Below, in pieces: positions 23,654-36,181 of a stretch of DNA of 64,000 nt; the first letter of the stretch is position 1, and the number at the start of each line of letters is the position of its first letter. The translations under genes were made by a program, and so were the position numbers. Source of the stretch: Eledone cirrhosa (taxonomy: Eukaryota). Where the stretch lies: the NCBI GenBank assembly GCA_964016885.1, contig OZ024744.1:109120001-109184000 (forward strand), given 5' to 3'. Below the pieces are notes generated by a model that did not search any database, had not been told where the DNA came from, and saw nothing but the letters and a program-made list of their open reading frames with translations.

Positions 23654-26358
23654 TCATCATCATCATCATCACCGTTTTACGTCCGTTCTTCCACGCTAGC
23701 ATGGGTTAGACGGGTTGTCCTGTTGTGGGCAGTGTCTGGTCGGCTGACCATGCCTTGCTCATACAGGAACTGATCTGGCTTGATTTCTACAGCTGGATGC
23801 CCTTCCTAACACCAACCTCATTTACAGTGAGTGCTGGGTGCTTTTTCGTGGCGCCTACACGTCCACTTTACAGTGTGGGCTGGGTGCTTTTTTGCCGTGG
23901 CACCTCCACGGCCACCTTGCGGTGGGGGGGGGGGGGCATATTGTTTATATGCTTCAGCATGTACCCATGGGAGGTCGGGTACCCTGTATTATTGCGTGAC
24001 GCCAGAAGTCACGGTCGTGTGTCATTGACTTTGAGAGGTGTAGTTGGGTAAGGTCGGCTTTTATCACCTCATCCCAAGTCATCTTGGGTCTCCCCACTCC
24101 GCGGTTTCCATCAACTTCTAGTGCTCTGCACCTTTTTATGCAGCTGTCATCCTTCATACGCATCACATGTCTATACCAGCGTAACCGCCTCTCCTGCACG
24201 CAGCATTTGATTCCTCTTATGCTCAGTCTCTCTCTCAATTCCTTTATGCTTTGTCGTTCACGTATATTACTGTTACACATCCATCGGAGCATGCAGGCTT
24301 CGTTTCTCTCTAATCTACGTAAGTCTTCCACCTTCAGCGCCGAGGTCTCACTACCATGCAACATCGCTGTTCGGATACACGCATCATACAGTCTGCCTTT
24401 CATTCTGAGGGAGAAGCCTTTTGCAGCTAGCAGTGGTAGTAGTTCCCTAAACTTCTTCCATCCCGTTCTTACCCTAGTTATTGTACTTTCTGAGCACCCA
24501 CCTCCGTTGCTAATTCGGTCACCTAGGTAGCAGAAGCTGTCTACTGTTTCTACAGGGCCCTCCCAGAGATTGGTGGTACTTGTTTCCTGTGGCTGTTTGC
24601 TTGCTGTTTCAGCACAGCTGCTGCATGTGAATCCTACATTCTTAATTAAGCTTCCTGAGATCCCGCTACATCTCTTGTGTACCCATTGTTTGCATTTGGG
24701 GCAGAGAATGGAGTTCCTACCTACACCTTTCCTACATACTGAGCAAGGCCATTTCCCTGAGGGGATCTGGGTTCTGTTTTCTCGTCTACTTACAAGGACC
24801 TTAGTCTTTGTCATGTTGACTTTGAGGCCCTTTCTCTCTAGTCCCTGCTTCCAGGTTTGGAATTTATTCTCTAGTTCTACCATAGATTCAGCTATGAGTG
24901 CGAGGTCATCAGCATACAGGAGTTCCCATGGGCATCCGGTCTTAAACTCCTCCGTTATTGCCTGCAGGACTATGATGAACAGGAGAGGGCTAAGAACAGA
25001 GCCCTGGTGGACCCCAACCTGTACGCTAAATTCCTCGCTATACTCATTGCCAATCCTAACTTTGCTGACTGCTCCCCTATACATGGCTTGTACCGCTTTC
25101 ACAAGCCATTCATCTACTCCTAGTTTTCTAAGAGCCCACCAGATTACTGCACGTGGAACTCTGTCAAAGGCTTTCTCAAGGTCGACAAATGCCAAGTAGA
25201 GTGGCTTACTTTTAGCTAGGTACTTTTCCTGTAATTGCCTCACAAGGAAGAGGGCATCAGTGGTGCCTTTCCCTGGTACAAACCCAAATTGCATCTCGTC
25301 TATATTCACCCGGTCCCTAATCAGCTGTGCTATAACTCTTTCTGTTACTTTCATGACCTGGTTCATCAACTTTATACCTCTATAGTTTCCTCTATCTAGT
25401 GCATCGCCTTTACCTTTGTAGCAGTTGACAATGATGCTACTGCACCAATCTTTTGGTATGGCCCCCTCTAGTATTACCTGGTTAACGATACGTGTGGTTA
25501 TAGTGTGACCTACAGACCCAGATGCCTTCAGCATCTCGGCAGCTATACCCGATGGACCGGTTGCCTTCCCTATCTTCATATCTCTGATTGCCTTACTTAC
25601 TACGCTGCCGCTGACTTGTACTGCTGGTCCCTCTATAGGGTCTACGTGGGGTAGGGTCTCTTCTTCCCATGCATTCTCCTCATTTAGTAATCTATCATAA
25701 TGACTCTTCCATGCATCTTTCTTCTCAGCACTTGTGAGGGCAAGCTCACCTTTATCATTCCGGATACACTTCTCTCCAATGACATCACAACTATCTCTGA
25801 CACACTGCCTCGCAATCTTGAATACCTCCTGTTTCTGGTCCTCACGTTGTAAAACATGCTTGAATTTTCTATCCTCTGCTTCCCTCCTAGCTAAGTATAC
25901 TTGTCGCCTAGCTTCCCTCTTGGTCTCTATGTAATGTACCCTGCTCCCCCCGTTCTTCCATTCTTTCCATGCCTGTCTCTTGGCCTTGACTGCTTCATCT
26001 ACCTTATTGTTCCACCACCAAGTCACTCTCCTCCTGCTTGAGGTCTTACTCCAGCCACAAACCTCATCCGTCGCCTCTAGTAAGTTATTTTTTAGGAACT
26101 CCCAGTTCTCTTCTACGTTAAATGTCTCTATCTGTTCTTCTTTACTGTCGTAGGCGTTGAGTAAAATATCTTTAAATCTGTTACTGGTTGAGGGGACTTT
26201 CAGCTTCCAGATCTTTCTTCTCCAGGTTGGCCTAGTTCTGACTGTGAGGTCGCTGACAACTAAGCTATGTTGGGATGTACATTCCTAACTAGGGAAGGCT
26301 TTTGTGTTTACGACCGTCCATCTGTCACGTCCTCTGATGAGGATAAAATCTAATTTGA
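23654..26358 (-). mobile_element. 5'-truncated RTE-clade LINE, young copy
   Basis: Starts at the end of the APE endonuclease (LDFILIR..AFPS*EC.SQH.LVVSD, one stop), then the RT ORF, a 3' UTR with aggaagggcatccagctgtagaaa, and an (ATG)n tail. Confidence 0.95.
23954..26026 (-). CDS. RTE LINE reverse transcriptase with embedded PHD-like finger (690-aa open frame)
   Basis: TWWWN, NYRGIKL, QFGFVPGKGTTDA, FVDLEKAFDRVPR, GVHQGSVLSP, LYADD, CSVC..SILCPKCKQWVHKRC..CSSC, FCYLG, RRLRWYRHVMR, GRPKMTW. Confidence 0.93.
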   Translation of the reverse strand: MTWWWNNKVDEAVKAKRQAWKEWKNGGSRVHYIETKREARRQVYLARREAEDRKFKHVLQREDQKQEVFKIARQCVRDSCDVIGEKCIRNDKGELALTSAEKKDAWKSHYDRLLNEENAWEEETLPHVDPIEGPAVQVSGSVVSKAIRDMKIGKATGPSGIAAEMLKASGSVGHTITTRIVNQVILEGAIPKDWCSSIIVNCYKGKGDALDRGNYRGIKLMNQVMKVTERVIAQLIRDRVNIDEMQFGFVPGKGTTDALFLVRQLQEKYLAKSKPLYLAFVDLEKAFDRVPRAVIWWALRKLGVDEWLVKAVQAMYRGAVSKVRIGNEYSEEFSVQVGVHQGSVLSPLLFIIVLQAITEEFKTGCPWELLYADDLALIAESMVELENKFQTWKQGLERKGLKVNMTKTKVLVSRRENRTQIPSGKWPCSVCRKGVGRNSILCPKCKQWVHKRCSGISGSLIKNVGFTCSSCAETASKQPQETSTTNLWEGPVETVDSFCYLGDRISNGGGCSESTITRVRTGWKKFRELLPLLAAKGFSLRMKGRLYDACIRTAMLHGSETSALKVEDLRRLERNEACMLRWMCNSNIRERQSIKELRERLSIRGIKCCVQERRLRWYRHVMRMKDDSCIKRCRALEVDGNRGVGRPKMTWDEVIKADLTQLHLSKSMTHDRDFWRHAIIQGTRPPMGTC

Positions 26359-27321
26359 TATATATATATATATCAAATAGAAACAAATATATGTGTGTTT
26401 AATATATATAATGTGTGTTTATATATAAGGATTTCTCTTCACAGTTGGGAATGTGAAAGTTCAGCCTTACTATGTGTCATCATGGCCGAGTGACTTTATT
26501 ATAGCTTTGGGTCAATCCAAGTCCTGTGAGCGAAATTAGGTAGACAGAAACTGTGTAGAAGTCTGTTGGATTGACTATGTCTCTAATTGACATGTACAGC
26601 CTTGTTACATATTGTTTTATGTTGATTCTGTTCAGGGACCAGCTTTCACCCACTGAGACCCTAAGCTATATGAAATTTGAGGCTCTTCTCAAATGATTAA
26701 GTAATTATACATGATTATTATGTTTTATATCAATGTTAATAATAAAGAATAAATTATATAAACTAGTGAAACTCCAGAGTAACAAGACTCACTATTTAGT
26801 CTTAATAAAATAAATATTAAAACTCTATTTCGGTATTGAGTACTCTTTTCCTTCAGCCGTCAACCACATATGGATATAAATATATATATATACAGGTAAA
26901 ATCCCATTATAACAAAATTTGGCCTATTAAAATAATGATAAAAGAATCTCGTTATAACGAAATTCATTTCGAATATTTCAGTACAATGAACTAAAATTGA
27001 ATCCCAAGCAGCCAAAATCCCTCACTACAACGGAATCAAAAATTTTGACACACTAATTCTTGCAGAATTGTCATTCAACCAAAATACTTGGACCCAAAAA
27101 TGCTGCTTCAAATTCTCCACATGGTATTTTTTCAGCTCAATCCAACATTACTCATTTTTTTACAAAACTAAATTGTTCATATTATTCTTCAATATTCTTA
27201 CATACCAATGCATGAATAAAAGTATCTTTACGATTTGTGGCTCTTTGATATTACTCATCATTTAAATTCGTTAATATTCCAAATTTCAAAAGAACACACA
27301 CACACATGCACACACATTAAT

Positions 27322-27430
<109 letters not shown>

Positions 27431-28385
27431 TGTGTAATTTTTGATGATTTAGTGTAAAAGAATGAAAACTAATAATAAATCTGAGCAGGAGAGTCGATCG
27501 TTATATATAAATTAGTCAACAGTCACAATATGTCTGATTAGTTCCATCAGCACTACTGCATGATTCCACCCTGAAACTTTATCCCTGTTGTGACCATGTT
27601 TCTAATAAAATACGCTCTAATTCAAATAATTAATGGAGTATTTTGAGGGATTTACTAAAATTATTAATTATATCATTACTAAAATAGTAACTTAACATAT
27701 GATTCTTATATAAAGTTGTGTTGGAAGATTTTAATTTAAATAGAAACCCTTTAAAAGGAGTGATTTTGTTTCAAAGAACTAAGACCAGTTTTAGGTGCGT
27801 TGGTAATAAAAGAGTAACATTCTTTCACAAGATTCTCTGTAGCATGAACTTCAGGAAACCAGCCAGCCACCTGATTTCCTATAAATGAAGTGGACATGCC
27901 AGCCAAATAGACTTTTTTTTTTTTATCACAAAACAAAACTGATAAATGATCATAAAAGCCAAATGTTTCCCTGGCAAAGTATGTACCTCCCAATACAAAT
28001 TAGTTATCAGTTATTTTGTGCCTGAGTCTAGACAGACTCAGGCACAAAATATTAAAGTCATATCTATTCTATTCTCTTCAAACATGAAACTAATACTAAC
28101 CATTGTATATTGTTATAGTGTTTTATTTGTGTGCTGTTATTGTTTTACTTTTTACTGTCTTTATATATATATATATATATATATATGTGTAGGATATATT
28201 TTATGTCAAAAATTGCTACTTGCATTACAAGTTTCATCTAGTTGATGATCACAACTACAATACTTGATTAATCACTATATAACTTTTGTATTTTAAAACA
28301 ATAAATTACTTACTCTACTCCCCATTTAGAGGTCTGTATTTTGTAAAACATGTTTTACAACTACCATGCTTTACAACTACCTTTA

Positions 28386-28421
<36 letters not shown>

Positions 28422-28498
28422 ATGAGGGAATTGTGGTAAGGAACCAGGTGGACCATAACGCACCAGAGTACTCAATACTTAGGGTAGTAGAGTGGGTG

Positions 28499-28611
28499 AT
28501 AGGAAAAGGTATGACCCCGACGGCAGAGCTCAAGCCGTTTCGACGGCTCAAAGACTCAAATAGCCGTCGAAACGGCTTGAACTCTGCCGTCGGGGTCATA
28601 CCTTTTCCTAT
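28499..28611. repeat. Near-perfect palindrome (50-nt arms, 13-nt loop, 1 mismatch) built from hammerhead stems
   Basis: Arms 28499-28548 and 28562-28611. Contains gacggct..agccgtc GAAA cggc-(9 nt)-gccGTC ggggtcatacc but no CUGANGA box. Confidence 0.92.
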
Positions 28612-28799
28612 ATATATATTATAACTGTCATTTTACATGGTTGCATTGAATATATATGTGTTTTTTTATTATTTCTAGCAATTGCTGGCCTTGTGCCTAT
28701 ATAAGAAACCATTATTTCTTTCTGGCAGTATTATAACTATACAACCCTCCCCAAATATAACAATATATATGTGTATATATATATATATATATTTTATAT

Positions 28800-31300
28800 A
28801 GAACCAACAGAAAAAACAATTTTGATATCATTATGGGATCATCTGACTTGGCGCAAGTAACGGACTTCGTTGGATTATTTATTAATAATGTACTACATAG
28901 GAAAATGCCAGAGATGACCGGAGGTTTATATTGTGACGATATGTTACTTCTAATTGAAAACCATAGCAATAGTGAAATTAATAGGAAAAGGAAATCCATA
29001 ATACAATTTTTCAACAACTACAACCTTAAGTTAGAAATAGAGAATAACTACAAAATCGTTAACTTCTTAGATGTAACCTTAAACCTTAGCTCAGGTCTTT
29101 ACTATCCTTTCCATAAAATTAACGAAAATCTAAATTACGTAGTTTCAATTCTAATCATCCTAGAAGTATTAAAAACACTATTGTCAATAGCGTCCAGCAA
29201 CGGATTTCACGCATCTCTGCTAATAAAAATATTTTTGATGATAATGAAGCTTTAAAGAGCAGGATTTTTGAATAAAATTAAATACATAGATAACAATAAC
29301 ATAACAAATCATCCTAGAATTAATTATAATAATAATAAACAATTTAACTTAAACACTAAACCAAACAAAAAAACTAGAACTAGAAATATTATTTGGTACT
29401 CCCCCATTCTCTTTAGCTAAGCTATTCTTTAAAGCACTAGATAAATGTTTTCCTAAAGCCCACAGATACCACTCTCTTTTTAACAGACACACTATAAAAC
29501 TATCCTACTCTACTACTATGAACATAGCACAAAATATAAATAGAATTAATAATAGAAACTTAAATTTAAACCCTAACCAAAATAGCAATAATAATATTTC
29601 TAACAACAATATTCAGAATAATAGTGCTGTTCTGAACAACAATAACTCCAGAAAATGTAACTGTAGAATTAAATCAAACTGCCCTTTACAAAATAATTGT
29701 TTAGACAAAAACGTAGTTTATAAATGCACAGTTAAAACTAGAGTCAAAGTATTTAACTATGTTGGTGCCACTTCAACTAAATTTAAAGAACGCTGGAATT
29801 ACCATAAACACACATTTAGGAGATCTGATAAAAAAATCTTCTACTTCACTTTCACATTTAATTTGGAACTTAAAAGACAACAATATAGACTATTCAATAT
29901 CTTGGAGAACAATTTCGAAAACACCTGCATACCGAAATATGGCTTTCTCAAGATTCTGTAACTTGTGTATCGAAGAATTTTTTTATATAATTAACCGTCA
30001 AAACTCTATTAATCTTAAAACAAATATTTTCTTCTTGCAGACATCCCCAAAATTCCACGTTCAGAAGTATTTTTAATTTATAATATTCCTATACACCTTC
30101 AAAATGATCCTATTTTCTTTAAAAAATTTAAATGTAAATCTTTTAATATTTCTAATTTTTTTTTATATTTCTAATATTTTTACCTTTTGACATTAATTTT
30201 TTAATTTTTTAAATATATATTTTTTTAATATATATCTTTAATTCTGACATTATTTTCCTAATGATACCCCTCTAAATATATTTTTTAGATATAGATTGAT
30301 AATCTTTAATTGACATTCTGAAAATTTATCCTCTTTATGATAGTTCTTCGAAATGCACGTTATGTTTTTCCTCTCTTTTTGTTATTCAAACATTCACACA
30401 TCTTTCGACTAAAATAATTGATCTCACACAAAATAAAATATAATTTTCTCTATATATTTTCTGAGTAAATCATTCATCAAATTTAACGGTTAACAAACAA
30501 TATTAGAGTTATCTTTCCCTTTTCAATTGTGCAAACATAAACATAATATAATATGTACAATAAACTATATAACTTCGCTAAATTAACAATTTTCTGAAAA
30601 CATTTTCAATGTTGGAACAAAATATTCGAATCTACAAATTGTTCTCCTCTCACAACTTGAACCACCTATTTTTTTAATGTAAAATACAAAATCAACACCC
30701 TTCATAACTCATATTAGAAATATAAATAATTGATAATTGTAAATTATTTCTATTTCTATAACAATTATTAATCTATATAGATATTTATATACATATAACC
30801 TATTGTAATATAATAAGATAAAAATACCTACAACCATAATTCTTTATATAATCTAATTGATTATATATACAATATTATAACTCATAATATAGCTAAATAA
30901 ATTTAAATTCTGGAATCATATTCCACCATTCCCCCAAATTAACGTAAATACAAACTCTTCTTCCTTTTTCTTCTTTCTTACACATACATACACATATCCC
31001 AATTATTTAAATTCTCCATAGCGTCTAAAATAACGTTTTTTTCAGCCCTATACCTCAACCTCATTTGCATACTCATCTTAATAATTTGAAATATCTGACT
31101 TTTCTTCTCTTATCCCTTCACTATCCAAGGAAAACTTGAACCGTTAAGGTATTTTTCGTGGTTATGTCAAAATTTATAAAACAAACTTTGTATTTTATCT
31201 GATGAAAGCGTACCAAAGATTTGGTACCTTTGAAATATATATAATAGAATAAATATGGTTTTATAAATATAGTTTCCATTTATTTAATATCATTGTATAT
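28800..31300 (+). mobile_element. 5'-truncated, frameshifted Penelope-like retroelement (RT C-terminal half, GIY-YIG endonuclease, AT-rich 3' region, hammerhead)
   Basis: ORF pieces: MGSSDLAQVTDFVGLF, GGLYCDD (YRDD-like), VNFLDVTL, CNCRIKSNCPLQNNC linker, VVYKC..FNYVGATST.FKERW..H (GIY-YIG), CNLCIEE. Confidence 0.88.
31191..31251 (+). ncRNA. Minimal type I hammerhead ribozyme at the 3' end of the Penelope-like element
   Basis: tattttat CTGATGA aagcgtaccaa-agat-ttggtaccttt GAAA t-atat-a TA^atagaata. Predicted cleavage after 31243; followed by a (TA)n tail. Confidence 0.87.
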
Positions 31301-31307
31301 ATATATG

Positions 31308-31378
<71 letters not shown>

Positions 31379-31531
31379 GGAACATGATATTGTAGGAACA
31401 CAGAGATAAATTACACACAAATATACAAATATATAAAAAAAAACAAGAAGCCTGAAGTAATCTGGTAAAATTTAATTAGATATGCAGTTTAATTCAATTG
31501 TCATTAGAATGCATGATGCTAAGAATGGAGG

Positions 31532-31576
<45 letters not shown>

Positions 31577-31686
31577 GGGGGGGGGTATATATGTATGTAT
31601 ATGGGTGTGTGTGTGAATATATATATATATATATATATATATTAATTCAAAATATTAACAAAAATATAACTTCTTGTGATCAAGTA

Positions 31687-31753
31687 TATTTTATTATACA
31701 TATTTCAGAGGTACTGAGCTAACTTCAACAGTACGCCCTCATCAGATAAAATA
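31687..31753 (-). ncRNA. Minimal type I hammerhead ribozyme
   Basis: Minus strand: tattttat CTGATGA gggcgtactg-(12 nt)-cagtacctct GAAA t-atgt-a TA^ataaaata. Confidence 0.82.
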
Positions 31754-33700
31754 AGATGATGCATAACATACCCTGACAGTAAATGGTTAAGATCCAGTCA
31801 TGGTAGTGAGTAAGATATGACAAAACTCAATATTTATATACCTTAAGATTGAGACATGAAAAAAAAAACTTACATATAACACATATAATACAGAGGGTGC
31901 GTGTGAGAAAGCTTAAAAATACATAACACCAATTTACATAACTGCTAGAGATTCAAATAATTTAAATTATTGAAGAAAAGAAAAAAGAAAGACAGAGAGA
32001 AAACAGATGAGGCGATAATATAGCTAGTAGAAGTATAGAGAGCAAAAGAGAATTGATCAAGGAGAGAGAGACAAAGAGGAATAATTTTTATAGTGTAAAA
32101 CATAGGGAGGAATGAATTATATATATATCTATACAGAACTATACATTTGGGCATAGCTTTGCGAAAGAGTAAACTCAAATCTTTGAATTATTGAATTATC
32201 TAGAAGTATTCATCAATCTAAATCTTAATCTTAAATATAACTGGGTGTAATTATATGAAGGTTAATTTCCAGTCCTTAGTTAATTAGTTATATATACTAT
32301 CCAAACGTAACCGGTTGACCGTTAACTTTCAAATCATTTAAGTTAGTTCAGAGTAATGAATTAATCAAAGTGTATATAATATTTCAGGCTATAAAAGTTT
32401 ATAAATATCTGTATTAATATTAAAGTATACTATCATATTTAATTTATAAAATCATATTTTATGAAATCATATTTAAACTATTTGCAAACATGAGAAAGAA
32501 GACATAACATTCTCGTGAAGGTAATTCTTATTAAATTTTATTATATTATATTTAATTATTTATATTATATTGAAAATAATTCACATTATATAATTTATAA
32601 AATAATTACAGTTATAATTTTAAAAATTAAGATTAACTATTAGAATGCCTTAAAGCATCTAAAGGCCTTATAGTTAAACTTTAAAAAAATTATTTTTAAA
32701 TTAGATATATGCATTTGTCTAAATATAAACAAAGATTACATTGTCTAAAGAATAAGATGATACCTATCAGTTACATTATAACATAATACAATACACATGC
32801 TAGCATGGAAGAACAGACGTAAAACAGTGATGATGATGATGAAGTTACTGATAATATTGTTAAAAATTAAGGTTATAGATCAATTATAATAATAGGATCA
32901 TGTAATACATATATACTATAAATATACAAGTCAAACTTCATGAATCATAAGGATAAGAACCAGATTCAAAGTAAAAAAGTGAATTGTTTGCGATCTTAAA
33001 AGTGCCCAATATCCAAGCTATATAGTTTAAAAATACAAGAAATTAAAAAAAAAATTAATATAGTAGTATAATGTGTCTGCAAACATGATAAAGAGAAAGC
33101 CTAAGGATTTCATTAACCCAAAGATAACCTGAATTAAATTAAATAATAATCGTTATATAATTTAGAAAATATTTAGAACATATTTAACGATTATAACACT
33201 AGAAAGACATTAAAGTATCTAAAGTACTTATAAATGTAACTAGAAGCATGTTATTATACTAGATATACAGATTTGTTCAAATATATATATAGAGAGAGTA
33301 TTCCAGATATTAGTGATCAATATACATATAATAGATAATAAGTACAATCATTGTTAGTAATGTTATAATTGAAGTTTTACATCAAGTTAAGTGGAAAAAA
33401 AGGTTTATCGACTAGTATCGTGTGTGACGCATATACCATAAATATATATAAATAAAAATATATAAATCAAACTTCCTGAAACGTAAAACATACTCCATAA
33501 ATACATGAATGATTAACGGTTCATTATAACTGTTAAGCATATAAGCCATATATTTAAAAAATATACAAGAATCCCAATCTAAATTAAATATATCTAAACA
33601 ATCAAATGATATGCACATTCATCAAGAGATCATGTTAACAAATAATACGTTTATATACCTATACAGGGCCCTTTAATCTAACATTAATCATATCATAAAT

Positions 33701-33886
33701 GCGGTGGATTGGCAGTATCGGTAGAGGGTCGGATGCCATGCTTTCCAACATAGTTACGTGCCTTTACGATGTGAGTTCAAATCCCGCCGAGGTTGACTTT
33801 GCCTTTCATCCTTACGGGGTCGATAAAATAAAGTACCAGTAATGCACTGGATAATTGCTGGCCTTGTGCCTAAAGTAGAAACAATT
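33701..33886 (+). mobile_element. Meta-type SINE with target-site duplication
   Basis: Flanked by attaatcatatcataaatg on both sides. Confidence 0.9.
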
Positions 33887-34033
33887 AATCATATCATAAA
33901 TGAATAAAAAATAAAAAATTATTAAAGTTTTATAATCTGCTATAACGTTTTAGGTACACAGTTGATAAGAGACGTCAAATCTATAGTAAAACTCATTCTT
34001 TGATTTATTCATTAAACCTTGTTTAACCTTTCA

Positions 34034-34067
<34 letters not shown>

Positions 34068-34302
34068 CACATTGTTTTGTAACATTTTTTATTTTTATTT
34101 ATTTTTAAATGTTTGTTTGCTGAAAGGCACAACTTGTCCTGTGTTTACCTGTTTTGTTAGGTAGCATTGAACACTGAAATGAATAGTATCAACCTTGATA
34201 CTCTGAAACTATAGTGATTTCCAGGGTTAACTGAGGAGAACAGACTATCTGATTTTCTATTGTGAGCTCTCCCCTCCTCCCCGGTTTCGCATATATTATA
34301 TA

Positions 34303-34359
<57 letters not shown>

Positions 34360-34394
34360 GAAACCATTACATATATATATATATATAAAAAAAG

Positions 34395-36181
34395 TGCAGG
34401 GCGATAAAAATAGACGGTAGCCACGGAGTAGGCAGACCCAGAAAAACCTGGGATGACTTGATAAATTCCGACCTCACACACTTACACCTCTCTAAGAGAA
34501 TATCACTGGACTGAGATCTTTGGCGCTACACAGTAATAGAGAAGACCCGCCTTGCCTAAGTACAAAGCGAAACCTACAGTCAGAAGGCACCTCTAACAAA
34601 AATACACCCCGTCCCATTACCCCCACCCCATCCACACCACCCCTTTCAATGTAAAGTTATGTTGGTACCACAACATGCAGTCCGAAACAAATGAGGTCGT
34701 GTAGGTATCACGACAAAAAAACACACAGTCCACGCTGTAATGTGGCCGTGTAGGTAACACAGTAAAAACCTGCCAGTCCCACACTGTAAATGTGGTTGGT
34801 GTTAGGAAGGGCATCCAGCCGTAGAAAACCCGCCACACAGTCCATGCTGTAATGTGGCCGTGTAGGTAACACGGTAAAAACCTCCCAGTTCCACACTGTA
34901 AATGTGGTTGGTGTTAGGAAGGGCATCCAGCCGTAGAAAACCCGCCAGACAGTCCACGCTGTAATGTGGCCGTGTAGGTAACACAGTAAAAACCTCCCAG
35001 TTCCACACTGTAAATGTGGTTGGTGTTAGGAAGGGCATCCAGCTGTAGAAAACCCGCCAGACAGTCCACGCTGTAATGTGGCCGTGTAGGTAACACGGTA
35101 AAAACCTCCCAGTTCCACACTGTAAATGTGGTTGGTGTTAGGAAGGGCATCCAGCCGTAGAAAACCCGCCAGACAGTCCACGCTGTAATGTGGCCGTGTA
35201 GGTAACACAGTAAAAACCTCCCAGTTCCACACTGTAAATGTGGTTGGTGTTAGGAAGGGCATCCAGCCGTAGAAAACCCGCCAGACAGTCCACGCTGTAA
35301 TGTGGCCGTGTAGGTAACACGGTAAAAACCTCCCAGTTCCACACTGTAAATGTGGTTGGTGTTAGGAAGGGCATCCAGCCGTAGAAAACCCGCCAGACAG
35401 TCCACGCTGTAATGTGGCCGTGTAGGTAACACAGTAAAAACCTCCCAGTTCCACACTGTAAATGTGGTTGGTGTTAGGAAGGGCATCCAGCCGTAGAAAA
35501 CCCGCCAGACAGTCCACGCTGTAATGTGGCTGTGTAGGTAACACGGTAAAAACCTCCCAGTTCCACACTGTAAATGTGGTTGGTGTTAGGAAGGGCATCC
35601 AGCCGTAGAAAACCCGCCAGACAGTCCACGCTGTAATGTGGCCGTGTAGGTAGCACGGTAAAAACCTCCCAGTTCCACACTGTAAATGTGGTTGGTGTTA
35701 GGAAGGGCATCCAGCCGTAGAAAACCCGCCAGACAGTCCATGCTGTAATGTGGCCGTGTAGGTAGCACGGTAAAAACCTCCCAGTTCCACACTGTAAATG
35801 TGGTTGGTGTTAGGAAGGGCATCCAGCCGTAGAAAACCCGCCAGACAGTCCATGCTGTAATGTGGCCGTGTAGGTAACACGGTAAAAACCTCCCAGTTCC
35901 ACACTGTAAACGTGGTTGGTGTTAGGAAGGGCATCCAGCCGTAGAAAACCCGCCAGACAGTCCATGCTGTAATGTGGCCGTGTAGGTAACACGGTAAAAA
36001 CCTCCCAGTTCCACACTGTAAACGTAGTTGGTGTTAGGAAGGGCATCCAACTGTAGAAAACCCGCCAGACAGTCCTATATTAGCAAGACAACGACTCTTG
36101 CCTCAAGTGGGACAATTCCTGTCCAGACCCATGCTAGCGTGGAAGATAGACGTTAAACGATGATGATGATGATGATGATGA
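34395..36181 (+). mobile_element. RTE LINE 3' end with internal 112-bp tandem array (~12 copies, ~34720-36075)
   Basis: GSHGVGRPRK.WD.LINSD coding end, then the repeated unit ccgccagacagtccacgctgtaatgtggcc...aggaagggcatccagccgtagaaaac, then an (ATG)n tail. Confidence 0.92.

Noticed and set aside
26334-26345. CTGATGA motif
   Set aside because: It is the antisense of RTE endonuclease codons (DFILIR), with no downstream GAAA or stem III.
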